A program made the translations under genes and the position numbers. Below the pieces are notes generated by a model that was not told the DNA's origin, did not search any database, and saw only the letters and a program-made list of their open reading frames with translations. Shown piece by piece: positions 17,692 to 27,079 of a stretch of 64,000 nt of DNA. This DNA is from Escherichia phage PNJ-9, in sequence record PQ100635.1. One strand, written 5' to 3'. Each line of letters begins with the position of its first letter. Position 1 is the first letter of the stretch.

Positions 17692-18672
17692 ATGTTCAAC
17701 GTTCAAATCAAAAAAGGTATCTATCGTAATAACGAAATCTCTGGTTCTTATGTTGCCACAAAGACCTGGTTCCCAGCAAAGCTTAATCCTGAATGTTCCC
17801 ACTTAGGTGATGGTAAAATTTTCGTTATGATTGATGGTTCTGAACGCGGAGTATGGGTCTTCAAATCAGACATCGTAATGGAAGGAGTTGAGACGTCACC
17901 AGTTGCAGTTGTTGAAAGCACTGAAGATATGAAAACTCGTATCAACAAACGTTTTAAAGTAATGAACATGATGACGAATGGCATTATCGATGGCAAAATT
18001 CGTTCACTCATTATTTCAGGTGCAGCTGGTATTGGTAAGACGTATTCTCTGGATAAAGCACTTAATAATGCTAATGATAACGGTTTCATCAAATACAAAA
18101 GCATTAATGGTAAAATCTCTGGTATTGGCCTTTACGAACAACTTTGGCTCAACCGTGATGCGGACAGCGTTCTCTTAATCGACGACGTTGACGTATTCTC
18201 AGATATGGACATCTTGAACCTTCTTAAAGCAGCATTAGATACTGGAGATAAACGCAAAGTTTGCTGGAGCACTGCGTCATCTTATCTCGATGATAAGGGT
18301 ATTGATAAAGAATTTGAGTTTGAAGGTACTATCGTTTTCATTACAAACGTTGATATCGATAAAGAGTTAGAACGCGGTTCGAAACTTGCCCCACACCTTC
18401 AAGCTTTAGTATCTCGTTCAGTGTATCTCGACCTTGGAGTACACTCTAATGAAGAGATTATGGTTCGAGTTGAAGATGTAATATTATCTACTGACATGAT
18501 GCAGAAACGTGGTCTGACAGATGCAGAAACGTATAAAGCCTTGTCCTGGATGAAGGCTAACGTATCTCGTCTTCGCAATGTATCATTACGTACGGCTCTT
18601 TACGTAGCAGATTTTATTTCAACTGATAAAGATGGTTGGGAAGAAATCTCGGAAGTTACTTTACTGAAATAA
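17692..18672 (+). CDS. P-loop ATPase (AAA-like)
   Basis: Walker A GAAGIGKT, Walker B LLIDDVD; ATG 17692 with GGAG upstream. Confidence 0.65.
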   Translation: MFNVQIKKGIYRNNEISGSYVATKTWFPAKLNPECSHLGDGKIFVMIDGSERGVWVFKSDIVMEGVETSPVAVVESTEDMKTRINKRFKVMNMMTNGIIDGKIRSLIISGAAGIGKTYSLDKALNNANDNGFIKYKSINGKISGIGLYEQLWLNRDADSVLLIDDVDVFSDMDILNLLKAALDTGDKRKVCWSTASSYLDDKGIDKEFEFEGTIVFITNVDIDKELERGSKLAPHLQALVSRSVYLDLGVHSNEEIMVRVEDVILSTDMMQKRGLTDAETYKALSWMKANVSRLRNVSLRTALYVADFISTDKDGWEEISEVTLLK

Positions 18673-18810
18673 GCTTATAGGAAGTTCTGAGGTAACAAAA
18701 GCCATAAAGATGAATAATCATATGGCTTACCTCAAAGAAGGACACCAGGAACCTACTGAGGGCATAGAAATATTTAAAAATAATGATGTACAAATCAAAG
18801 AGGATATGTT

Positions 18811-19098
18811 ATGGATTTTATGCAAAAAATTAAAGCCGCAGTAGAACTCTATGCTCATCGTATGGTTAGTTCTACGATGCAATATAGCGAGGAGGTTCGC
18901 CAGGACTCTTCCTTGAAAGGAAAAACTAAAGCCTTAATTACCTTAGACCGTCTACAAAAGAATGCCCTAGAGTTGTTCCAGTACGACAAGGATGCATATA
19001 AGAAAGAACAGGAAGAGAAACTTAAATCCGAAAAATTACAGAAAATTCCGAAGTCGGTTTGGTTCAGTGGAAAAAATACCGAAAAAAGTTTCTTTTAG
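18811..19098 (+). CDS. hypothetical protein
   Basis: ORF track. Confidence 0.55.
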   Translation: MDFMQKIKAAVELYAHRMVSSTMQYSEEVRQDSSLKGKTKALITLDRLQKNALELFQYDKDAYKKEQEEKLKSEKLQKIPKSVWFSGKNTEKSFF

Positions 19099-19100
19099 TT

Positions 19101-19136
19101 GTTTACAAGGTCTATGGTTGTGTTATTATAGACCTA
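19101..19136 (+). promoter_or_regulatory. early-promoter-like cassette with inverted repeat
   Basis: GTTTAC, 17 bp, TATTAT; IR AGGTCTAT/ATAGACCT. Confidence 0.45.
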
Positions 19137-19156
19137 TCAACTACTGGAGGTAAAAC

Positions 19157-19684
19157 ATGAACGCTAAAGATATTTTCAACCTGGTAAATTATAACGACGG
19201 TAAATTTAAATCTGAAGCACAAAGCAAGTTCTTTAATGACGTTGCTTATGGTAACGAGATTACCGTGGACGGAGGTCAGATTTTCAAATCTCGCTGGAAT
19301 TGGATTGCTATCATCGATTCAGTTGGAATTGTGGAAGTCTACAAAAACACTAACAAAAAACGTACATTATTCTGGTCTCGTGAAACTAACGAGCAGTACA
19401 AAAAGGATAAAGCATCTCGTTTATCTAAAGTAACCCAGGAAGATATCGAGTTTATCAAGAAAGATATCGAGATGTACGAAAATTTAATCGCTGAAGACCA
19501 GGCAGTACTCGATAAGTTTGATGAAATTAAAGCTTCTCGTGAAATCCCTGACTTCATGAAAGAAACAGTAAATGAACGATACGCTCTCACTTCAGAACGT
19601 ATTGCAAACTATACAAAACAGAAAGCAGAACGTATTAGTACTCTTCGGAAATTTGAAGAACGTTTAAAGACGGTTCACGCATAA
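19157..19684 (+). CDS. hypothetical protein
   Basis: GGAGG upstream. Confidence 0.6.
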   Translation: MNAKDIFNLVNYNDGKFKSEAQSKFFNDVAYGNEITVDGGQIFKSRWNWIAIIDSVGIVEVYKNTNKKRTLFWSRETNEQYKKDKASRLSKVTQEDIEFIKKDIEMYENLIAEDQAVLDKFDEIKASREIPDFMKETVNERYALTSERIANYTKQKAERISTLRKFEERLKTVHA

Positions 19685-19711
19685 ACGCTTTACCCAAGGA
19701 CGGGTTATAAT
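19684..19711 (+). promoter_or_regulatory. middle-promoter-like element (MotA box + -10)
   Basis: AACGCTTTA, 13 bp, TATAAT upstream of 19747 ORF. Confidence 0.45.
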
Positions 19712-19746
19712 GGTTTTGAGTTCCAATTCAATCTGAGGAAATAGTT

Positions 19747-20742
19747 ATGAGCATTACATCTGATGCGGTAAAACATGAAATTAACGGTTTATGTGCTTCA
19801 CAGATTAAAGTGTGGTTTAAAGACCATAATGATCGCAGAGCACTTAATTATGAGCAAATTGCTATCCAAGTTCATCAATTACTGACTAGTAAATTTGATT
19901 TTCATATGCCGTCTGAAATCTATACTAATCTACCGCGAGCGCTTATTAAAGCGTGTAAAGGTTACGGAAAATCAATGGCCGATGGAATCTTCAGCGCGCT
20001 GAATAAACTTAACGTTCTGTCGATGATTAACTCTAACAACATCCTGCGTAATCTAGGACGTACTGATTTGTTCGGTCGGGAACAGTGTAAAATGCCTTTG
20101 AAATGGATTGTTGCTCATCTTAACGAGAACCAAACACGTTTTATGGCCGTATCAGCACGCTTACAAATGGGCCTAGATCGTCAGATGAACTTTAAAACTC
20201 ATCCACGTTATTCAGGTTCAACAGACTTTTATAAATGTGAGCTTCAAAAGGTTGCAGGTAAAACTGTCTTAGTAGTTCGTGTAACGTTTGAAGGACGACG
20301 ACAAGGATATTTTGACCTAATCGGCTCTGGTCTTAAACATTGCGGATTTATTGACGAAGTTGATATCAAGCGAGACAGCATTGGATACCGTATTGGATAT
20401 GTTTGTACTCTTAAAGAAGAGATTTCAGGACCAGTACCAGGACTAAAAGACGTTAGATATAAAGACGAGCTCGTTGAAGAAATAAAAGAAGTTGAATATG
20501 ATATCAACCAAGAAGATGCTCTTAAAGACCTTATTGATGAACTGAACCAAGACGTTATTCCGGTTCAGAAATTTGAATCAAAACATGCTGAGCAAATCAA
20601 ATACTTTGAAGCTTTGATTAACGAACTTAATGTAACTATTCAACAGACTGACGATGAAATCTCGCGATTAGCAGGCTTAAACGGTAAAAATAAAACAGAA
20701 CGAGCTAATCTTATTCAGGTAGTAAAACTTCTTAAGGAATGA
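19747..20742 (+). CDS. hypothetical protein with C-terminal coiled coil
   Basis: 331 aa; predicted coiled-coil tail; MotA-box middle promoter upstream. Confidence 0.6.
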   Translation: MSITSDAVKHEINGLCASQIKVWFKDHNDRRALNYEQIAIQVHQLLTSKFDFHMPSEIYTNLPRALIKACKGYGKSMADGIFSALNKLNVLSMINSNNILRNLGRTDLFGREQCKMPLKWIVAHLNENQTRFMAVSARLQMGLDRQMNFKTHPRYSGSTDFYKCELQKVAGKTVLVVRVTFEGRRQGYFDLIGSGLKHCGFIDEVDIKRDSIGYRIGYVCTLKEEISGPVPGLKDVRYKDELVEEIKEVEYDINQEDALKDLIDELNQDVIPVQKFESKHAEQIKYFEALINELNVTIQQTDDEISRLAGLNGKNKTERANLIQVVKLLKE

Positions 20743-20771
20743 TGTACAACCAAGGATGGTTGGAGTATAAT
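20742..20771 (+). promoter_or_regulatory. early-promoter-like cassette (duplicate of 21762)
   Basis: TGTACAACCAAGGATGGTTGGAGTATAAT. Confidence 0.45.
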
Positions 20772-20797
20772 AAATTTTTCAACATGAGGAATATAAA

Positions 20798-21757
20798 ATG
20801 GCTTCTATTACACGTAGAGAACTTATCAAAGAATTTACCTCGAACGCATATACCCCAGGACCTAATCCTATCCGTATGCCTGTAAAGACTCCTGAAGAGA
20901 TTGAGGAAATCTGTTCATATTATGGGATTAATTCTCGTAAGTTTACTCAATTTGAATGCGTTACTAACACACCCGTTAAAGAGTTCATTAAAAATGGTGA
21001 GTTCAGCCGTTTATTGGCCAAACAGAAACTTCGTAATTTTTGTATCGGCGGCAACGGACAATATTTTGCTAAACAGTTCAGAAATAACCTTAACAATCTG
21101 ATGGCCATTGCTTCTCGTATTCGTCCTCAAGCAATTAACATGAAACATTTGAAATATACTTACGATAAGTTAGAAATCATGGTTATCAGTGAGAACGAGT
21201 TCACTCTTACGTATAAACCTAAGAATGATAACGTTGCTCGTGTATTCCACCAAGCGTTGGAAGTTTTAGGTGATAATATCCACCAGATTAAAGCAATTTA
21301 TTCTCGTGAGCTTAATATTATCAACCCTATCAAGAATAAGGGCCATATCGCTATCCAGGCTCGTGTATCTGTTGGTAAAAAGGTTCCTGCGCCATGGTGG
21401 CACAAAGACTCTGAATACTATCAAAATCTTAAAAAGGAAAATGCAACGTTCGAAGCATCGCTTACTGGGACCCCAATTGAACAGGCCGAAGTCCTAAGTG
21501 CTTATTCTACTTCGGGTAAATCAATGTTTAAAGGTTTGCCAAATGTGTGCAAACTGTCTGCAGTAAAACTAAATGTTTCTAATGACCTTCTTCCGGCCGA
21601 AGATTACCATTACAATCAAATCAAGGCCACTATGGACCAACTGTCTGTTGAACTTGACAAAGCACAAGCTAAGCTTCGTGATGCTCAAAGTGTTGTAACG
21701 AATCTCCAGTTGCAGTATTCTAAACTTTTTAACGCAATGAATGCATTAAAATCATAA
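20798..21757 (+). CDS. hypothetical protein with C-terminal coiled coil
   Basis: 319 aa; near-identical promoter cassette to next gene. Confidence 0.6.
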   Translation: MASITRRELIKEFTSNAYTPGPNPIRMPVKTPEEIEEICSYYGINSRKFTQFECVTNTPVKEFIKNGEFSRLLAKQKLRNFCIGGNGQYFAKQFRNNLNNLMAIASRIRPQAINMKHLKYTYDKLEIMVISENEFTLTYKPKNDNVARVFHQALEVLGDNIHQIKAIYSRELNIINPIKNKGHIAIQARVSVGKKVPAPWWHKDSEYYQNLKKENATFEASLTGTPIEQAEVLSAYSTSGKSMFKGLPNVCKLSAVKLNVSNDLLPAEDYHYNQIKATMDQLSVELDKAQAKLRDAQSVVTNLQLQYSKLFNAMNALKS

Positions 21758-21761
21758 ATCA

Positions 21762-21791
21762 GTTTACAACCAAGGATGGTTGGAGTATAAT
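21762..21791 (+). promoter_or_regulatory. early-promoter-like cassette (duplicate of 20742)
   Basis: GTTTACAACCAAGGATGGTTGGAGTATAAT. Confidence 0.5.
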
Positions 21792-21819
21792 GAATCTATC
21801 TTAACGAGAGGAAAATATT

Positions 21820-22770
21820 ATGACACGTTCACATTACATTGATTATTTTGCAGGTCTTATCGCTAATGTTCATGCCCAACGTGCTTCTGGTTCATTAGGA
21901 TTTGATGTTCCACACCGAGATGTAGTAAGTGGTATTCTTCGCGATTTTGGTACATATACCGGCCAAGAAAATCATATCTGTAAAGATACTCAAAATGCGT
22001 ATTCTCATTCATTAGGGACACTGCTTCAATGGTTCAAACGTTCTCGTTTATTATCTTCTACTGTAGCTCGCGATAACATTAAAAACTTTATGAAGCCGAG
22101 CTTTATTAAATCTGTGACATCTAAAACCGATTTGGTTGAATTCACTATTGTTAATGATGTTAAAAAGACTCATTTGGCTGATTGGTTATCTACCATTCCT
22201 GAAACTAAATTTGCTGATAAATTTGCTTGTGAATTCAATAACCAAGTGAATATGCTTTTTAAACATTCTCGTAAATTATTCACAGGTGGCGATGATCGTA
22301 CAAATACAGTTCATGTTAAAGATTGGGTTACTGCAGTATTCAAACCAACCGGTAATGGTAACGCATCATTATCAATTGATATCCAGGTTCCTTATTACTA
22401 CTCACGTAATCTCGGTACCATGAAAGCCGAAGAAATTAATAAGCACAACAAAACCATTCGTTCGCTGTCTTATAAACTTCGCATGATGTTAAGAATCATG
22501 GACGTGGTAGAAATGTATGATGAAACCGAAGATAACGGTTCGATGTTATTCAGTTCTCGTATTCAAATTAAGCTGAAGAATCCTAACGAGTATAAGCCTA
22601 AGCCTATTAAAGAACCTAAAGCAGAAAAGGTTGATATCATGGCTGAAGAACGTGAGTACCTCAAATCTCGTCTGAAAGAAGTCGAAGCCCAGATTGCAGA
22701 ACAAACTAAATCGTTAAAAGCTCTGAATGCGAAAGCGGACGGTTTACGAAATGCCATTGAGGTTTTATAA
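21820..22770 (+). CDS. hypothetical protein with C-terminal coiled coil
   Basis: 316 aa; coiled-coil tail. Confidence 0.6.
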   Translation: MTRSHYIDYFAGLIANVHAQRASGSLGFDVPHRDVVSGILRDFGTYTGQENHICKDTQNAYSHSLGTLLQWFKRSRLLSSTVARDNIKNFMKPSFIKSVTSKTDLVEFTIVNDVKKTHLADWLSTIPETKFADKFACEFNNQVNMLFKHSRKLFTGGDDRTNTVHVKDWVTAVFKPTGNGNASLSIDIQVPYYYSRNLGTMKAEEINKHNKTIRSLSYKLRMMLRIMDVVEMYDETEDNGSMLFSSRIQIKLKNPNEYKPKPIKEPKAEKVDIMAEEREYLKSRLKEVEAQIAEQTKSLKALNAKADGLRNAIEVL

Positions 22771-23075
22771 TGAAACTACGTCTTTTAGAGGATATTGATA
22801 TGAGCACTAATCACGGCTTGGTTAAGTTTATTGACGATAGTTCAAAGATTGAATTTGTTCAGCGAGATAAAATCCACGGTGAAGAAGAGTTCGTTCCTCC
22901 AGCATGGAACGAAATCATGAAAATGGTTGAACGACGTGAAAATGCTGCCAAATCGGCAGCAAAACATCCATGTCCGGAATGTGGAACTATCCAAGTCCAA
23001 CTGGTTAACTGGACCACTGATAACTTGAAATTGAAATGCCGTAAATGCTTCCACAAATTTGAGAGAACATTATAA
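22770..23075 (+). CDS. zinc-ribbon protein
   Basis: CPECG...CRKC four-Cys motif; TAATG overlap. Confidence 0.55.
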   Translation: MKLRLLEDIDMSTNHGLVKFIDDSSKIEFVQRDKIHGEEEFVPPAWNEIMKMVERRENAAKSAAKHPCPECGTIQVQLVNWTTDNLKLKCRKCFHKFERTL

Positions 23076-23488
23076 TGAGATATAGCCTTCGTTGTTTTAT
23101 CGCAGCTTTAGTTTTTGCTATTATTCCATTCATTTGGAACAGCCAGAATACTTACATGGAAACTAAAGTAATTCCTGTGGAGGTAGTGGAATTAATCTCA
23201 GGCCAATCTACAGGAAAATATTCTAAATTGGAATTTATTGCAGTTTATAAAGATGAACAAGGTCGAGTTTTTGACAGGCATGTATCACCGTCGTTTTATA
23301 CGCTTCTGAATAAAGGTGATACGATAGCTATAGAAATTCGTGAGATGGATATCAAACAAACTACTAAAGATAACTTGATTTGGTTCTTTGGTACAGTGTT
23401 GTTGGTTTCTATCTGTATCACAGGTTTTATTACATGTATTGTATTTGGCATTGCATATTTAATCGATGAAAGGAAAAATAATGTTTAA
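23075..23488 (+). CDS. membrane protein
   Basis: N- and C-terminal TM helices. Confidence 0.55.
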   Translation: MRYSLRCFIAALVFAIIPFIWNSQNTYMETKVIPVEVVELISGQSTGKYSKLEFIAVYKDEQGRVFDRHVSPSFYTLLNKGDTIAIEIREMDIKQTTKDNLIWFFGTVLLVSICITGFITCIVFGIAYLIDERKNNV

Positions 23489-23744
23489 AGTGTACGGGTA
23501 CGACTCTACTATTCATAAATGCATTTATTGCGATAATGCGAAACGATTGCTGACTGTTAAGAAACAGCCATTCGAATTCATTAATGTTATGCCAGAAAAA
23601 GGTGTTTTTGATGATGAGAAAATTGCTGAGCTTCTGGTTAAGCTTGGACGTGAATCACAAGTCGGATTGACTATGCCTCAAGTGTTTGCTCCTGATGGAA
23701 CTTCGATCGGTGGCTTTGACCAACTACGAGAATATTTTAAATGA
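23481..23744 (+). CDS. nrdC: glutaredoxin/thioredoxin NrdC
   Basis: MFKVYGYDSTIHKCIYCDNAKRLL... near-identical to T4 NrdC; CxxC active site. Confidence 0.93.
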   Translation: MFKVYGYDSTIHKCIYCDNAKRLLTVKKQPFEFINVMPEKGVFDDEKIAELLVKLGRESQVGLTMPQVFAPDGTSIGGFDQLREYFK

Positions 23745-24097
23745 CATATTCATTAAATCTTAAAGATTTCCAAGATGTATACGAAGTTTGTGCCAATGAA
23801 CTTGGTCCTGATGCTCCAACTATTATTGAAGTTTTAAATGTGCTCCCTTCATCATTAGCTTACGAAGCCAAATCATGGGGTTGGAACGACACTGTCGTTC
23901 GTGATGACCTTTACGTCCTGATGAACGATATGATGCTTAAAAAGGCAGAACCGGTTGCACCAATGGTTACCATTACCGTTGAAGAATATAATCGCCTGCA
24001 AGCCATTGAAGAGCTTCTGTGGAACATTGAATGTGACCTGCCATCCGGACTAGAATCCTGGATTGATTATGAAGAGCTCAATAAACTCCGGGGTTAA
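23741..24097 (+). CDS. hypothetical protein
   Basis: ATGA overlap. Confidence 0.55.
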   Translation: MTYSLNLKDFQDVYEVCANELGPDAPTIIEVLNVLPSSLAYEAKSWGWNDTVVRDDLYVLMNDMMLKKAEPVAPMVTITVEEYNRLQAIEELLWNIECDLPSGLESWIDYEELNKLRG

Positions 24098-24146
24098 ACC
24101 GTGGTATTCGGCTCGATGGGAGACAGTCGAGCCAGACGTCGAAACA

Positions 24147-24176
24147 GTTTACAATGACGAAGAAACGTGTTATGAT
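24147..24176 (+). promoter_or_regulatory. early-promoter-like element
   Basis: GTTTAC, 18 bp, TATGAT. Confidence 0.4.
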
Positions 24177-24225
24177 GAACCTTCAATAAATGAATTAATT
24201 GATATGGAAATGGGAAGAGATTATT

Positions 24226-24396
24226 ATGCAAGTTAAATTATTGTACCGTTTATTAAAAAATGGCAAGCATGATTGGTATTTGCTTATTAAAACCGATCCG
24301 AATTTTTTCTCTGGACAACCATTTACAGTTCGTCCTACTAAACGTCAGCTTCGCAAAGCTAAACGTTCCCATCGTAACTTTTATAGAGAATATTGA
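24226..24396 (+). CDS. small basic protein, RPTKRQ-tail family
   Basis: C-terminus VRPTKRQLRKAKRSHRNFYREY. Confidence 0.45.
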   Translation: MQVKLLYRLLKNGKHDWYLLIKTDPNFFSGQPFTVRPTKRQLRKAKRSHRNFYREY

Positions 24397-24397
24397 T

Positions 24398-24811
24398 ATG
24401 AATATTTCTGAAACTCGCGGTAAATGGTTCAAGATTGTTAAAGAAGACGAAGAACTCCAAGATAAGTTTCCTGAATTAAAGAAAGATACGATCATCAAGG
24501 TAATTGGTACTACTACCGAAGATGGTTATGGCGACCATGGCATTATCGAAGTGATGTTGAACACAGGTGAGAAACTTTGCATCTATGACCGTGATACTTC
24601 TCTTTGGTGCTTCTGGGAATCCCATTCAATAGATGAACTCGAAGAAATTGACCAAGTAGTTTGTGATGGTGGACTTGGCGAATTCGAAGGTGAACGTATT
24701 TCTTATGCTTTAGCTAAATTAGCCGCCCAAGAAAATAATGACGGTTATGAAGGTAATCTGATGCAAGCCGCAGCGGAATACATTGAATATTTAGAAAGAC
24801 GTTTAAGTTAA
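24398..24811 (+). CDS. hypothetical acidic protein
   Basis: ORF track 24260-24811; ATG at 24398. Confidence 0.55.
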   Translation: MNISETRGKWFKIVKEDEELQDKFPELKKDTIIKVIGTTTEDGYGDHGIIEVMLNTGEKLCIYDRDTSLWCFWESHSIDELEEIDQVVCDGGLGEFEGERISYALAKLAAQENNDGYEGNLMQAAAEYIEYLERRLS

Positions 24812-24820
24812 GGGCTTATT

Positions 24821-25000
24821 ATGAAAACTGCATTATTTTTTGGCGAAAGAACAAACGGTCAAAAATCTTGGAAATTTGTTATAATTGGTGCTCCAAACAA
24901 TCCGAACATGAGGACTTCAATCATTTCGGTAACACGTCCTACTAAAAGAATGATTCGCCAATACAAACGTTTCCATCGTGACTTTTATAACATTTATTAA
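24821..25000 (+). CDS. small basic protein, RPTKR-tail family (59 aa), not on ORF track
   Basis: C-terminus TRPTKRMIRQYKRFHRDFYNIY paralogous to 24226 ORF. Confidence 0.4.
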   Translation: MKTALFFGERTNGQKSWKFVIIGAPNNPNMRTSIISVTRPTKRMIRQYKRFHRDFYNIY

Positions 25001-25002
25001 AT

Positions 25003-25034
25003 TATAAATACCCTTATCTAATATGGTAAGGGTT
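25003..25034 (+). promoter_or_regulatory. late promoter TATAAATA plus RBS-sequestering hairpin upstream of gene 49
   Basis: TATAAATA at 25003-25010; CCCTTA/TAAGGG inverted repeat with 3' arm overlapping the SD. Confidence 0.55.
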
Positions 25035-25038
25035 TATT

Positions 25039-25512
25039 ATGTTATTATCTGGCAAATTATACAAAGAAGAAAAACAAAAATTTTATGATGCACAGAATGG
25101 TAAGTGTCCTATTTGCCACCGTGAATTAGACCCTGATGTTCAAGGTAACCATCTTGACCACGACCACGAATTAAACGGGCCAAAAGCAGGTAGAGTTCGT
25201 GGGTTACTCTGTAATCTGTGCAACGCAGCAGAAGGCCAAATGAAGCATAAGTTCAACCGTTCCGGTCTTAAAGGACGTGATGTCGACTACCTCGAATGGC
25301 TTGAAGCTCTTCTTGCTTATTTGAAACAAGATTATTCTGATAATAATATCCATCCTAATTTTGTTCCAGACAAAACTAAAGAGTTCTCAAGACTAGGTAA
25401 AGAGGAAATGATGGCTGAGATGCTTCAAAGAGGATTTGAATATAATGAATCTGATACCAAAACACAATTAATAGCTTCATTCAAAAAGCAGCTTAGAAAG
25501 AGTTTAAAATGA
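25039..25512 (+). CDS. 49: endonuclease VII (Holliday junction resolvase)
   Basis: MLLSGKLYKEEKQKFYDAQNGKCPIC...HLDHDHELNG matches T4 gp49; 157 aa. Confidence 0.95.
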   Translation: MLLSGKLYKEEKQKFYDAQNGKCPICHRELDPDVQGNHLDHDHELNGPKAGRVRGLLCNLCNAAEGQMKHKFNRSGLKGRDVDYLEWLEALLAYLKQDYSDNNIHPNFVPDKTKEFSRLGKEEMMAEMLQRGFEYNESDTKTQLIASFKKQLRKSLK

Positions 25513-26046
25513 AAATTGAAAAAGAAATTGAAGGATTAATTCATAAAACTAATAAAGATCTTTTGAACGAGAATGCTAATAAAGATTCTCGTGTTTTTCC
25601 AACTCAACGGGACCTTATGGCTGGTATTGTGTCTAAGCACATTGCCAAAAATACGGTCCCGTCTTTTATTATGAAAGCACATGAAAGCGGAATTATCCAT
25701 TTCCATGATATTGATTATTCTCCTGCTCTTCCATTTACTAATTGCTGTTTAGTCGATTTAAAGGGGATGCTTGAGAATGGATTTAAATTAGGCAATGCTC
25801 AAATTGAAACGCCTAAATCGATTGGTGTTGCTACTGCAATTATGGCACAAATTACTGCGCAGGTTGCTTCCCATCAATACGGTGGAACTACATTTGCGAA
25901 TGTAGATAAAGTCCTTTCTCCTTATGTTAAACGCACCTACGCAAAACATATTGAAGATGCAGAAAAATGGCAAATCTCTGATGCGTTGAATTATGCCCAA
26001 TCTAAAACAGAAAAAGATGTCTATGACGCGTTCCAGGCGTATGAGT
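25509..26046 (+). CDS. nrdD: anaerobic ribonucleotide reductase NrdD, exon 1
   Basis: Class III RNR N-terminal region; frame interrupted at 26046 by group I intron. Confidence 0.85.
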
Positions 26047-27079
26047 TAATTTAATTCAGGCTCATGTAAAACCGGTCTAAACGGGGAACCTCTCTAGTAG
26101 ACAATCCCGTGCTAAATGTTCTTTTGAACTAAATGCCTAACGACTAACCGTGATGAATGTAGCGGTGTAGAATAGAAGCTAATGCTATTCGAAACGGCCG
26201 GCATCGAAAGATGAAGATATAGTCTAATCTGCATGGCGACATGCAGCAGTCATCTTGTATAAATAAGATTATCTTATGAATACGAGGTGAAACAATGAAA
26301 TGGATAAAAAGACGTTGTACTAAAATAAAAGATAAAGACGCATTTACATACTTAGTTAAGTTTTCTAATGGTGACATTTATATCGGTTATAAAAAATTTA
26401 GAACAATTAAAAACAAGCCCACAAACTGGAAAACTTACACAACGTCATCTAAGTATATAAATGAACGCTTAAAAACTGATACACCTACTAAATGGATAAT
26501 TTTAAAAACATTTGATAGTTATAAAGATGCATTAAAACATGAAGAAGAGGTCATACGTAAATATTTTTATAGCAAAAAATGTTTAAATAAATCCATAGGC
26601 GGTAAAAAGTTTTATAAGCATCCGGATACTGAAGAACATATTCAAAAATTAAGAGATGCTCATAAGGGTAAAGTGTTATCCGAATCTCATAAAAACAATA
26701 TAAAATCTTCTGTAGCTGAATATTATGCTAAAAACGGAAGATCTAAGGAACATGTGCAAAATAATATCAATAGTCGAAAAAGTAAAAAACAAGTATCGAT
26801 AAAGCTTAAAAATAAAACTTTTAGAAGTTTTAAAAAAGCAGCGGAATATTTAAATTGCACTGAAAGTGAAGTCGAAACTCATCCTCTTGTTTTGAGTATT
26901 AAGACTACTATTCATAAAGTTCCTGAATATGTGGTTGTTGACGGTATTAAGTATACGTCTTATATAGAAGCAGCTAAAGCGCTAAATTTTCATCCTAGCA
27001 CTATAAAAGAACGTTGCATATCTATGGACTATCCAAATTTTGTTGTTTCATATAAACGGGCATGAATTTGCGACTCATG
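26047..27079 (+). mobile_element. group I self-splicing intron in nrdD (T4 sunY/nrdD-type), 1033 nt
   Basis: P1: exon UAUGAGU pairs with GCUCAUG with U.G at splice site; conserved core CTAAACGGGGAACCTCTCTAGTAGACAATCCCGTGCTAAAT; P10 CUGAAU pairs with AUUCAG; omega G at 27079. Confidence 0.85.
26295..27065 (+). CDS. intron-encoded GIY-YIG homing endonuclease (I-TevII-like)
   Basis: GIY-YIG-like FTYLVKFSNGDIYIGY; lysine-rich, AT-rich; located 3' of intron core. Confidence 0.8.
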   Translation: MKWIKRRCTKIKDKDAFTYLVKFSNGDIYIGYKKFRTIKNKPTNWKTYTTSSKYINERLKTDTPTKWIILKTFDSYKDALKHEEEVIRKYFYSKKCLNKSIGGKKFYKHPDTEEHIQKLRDAHKGKVLSESHKNNIKSSVAEYYAKNGRSKEHVQNNINSRKSKKQVSIKLKNKTFRSFKKAAEYLNCTESEVETHPLVLSIKTTIHKVPEYVVVDGIKYTSYIEAAKALNFHPSTIKERCISMDYPNFVVSYKRA

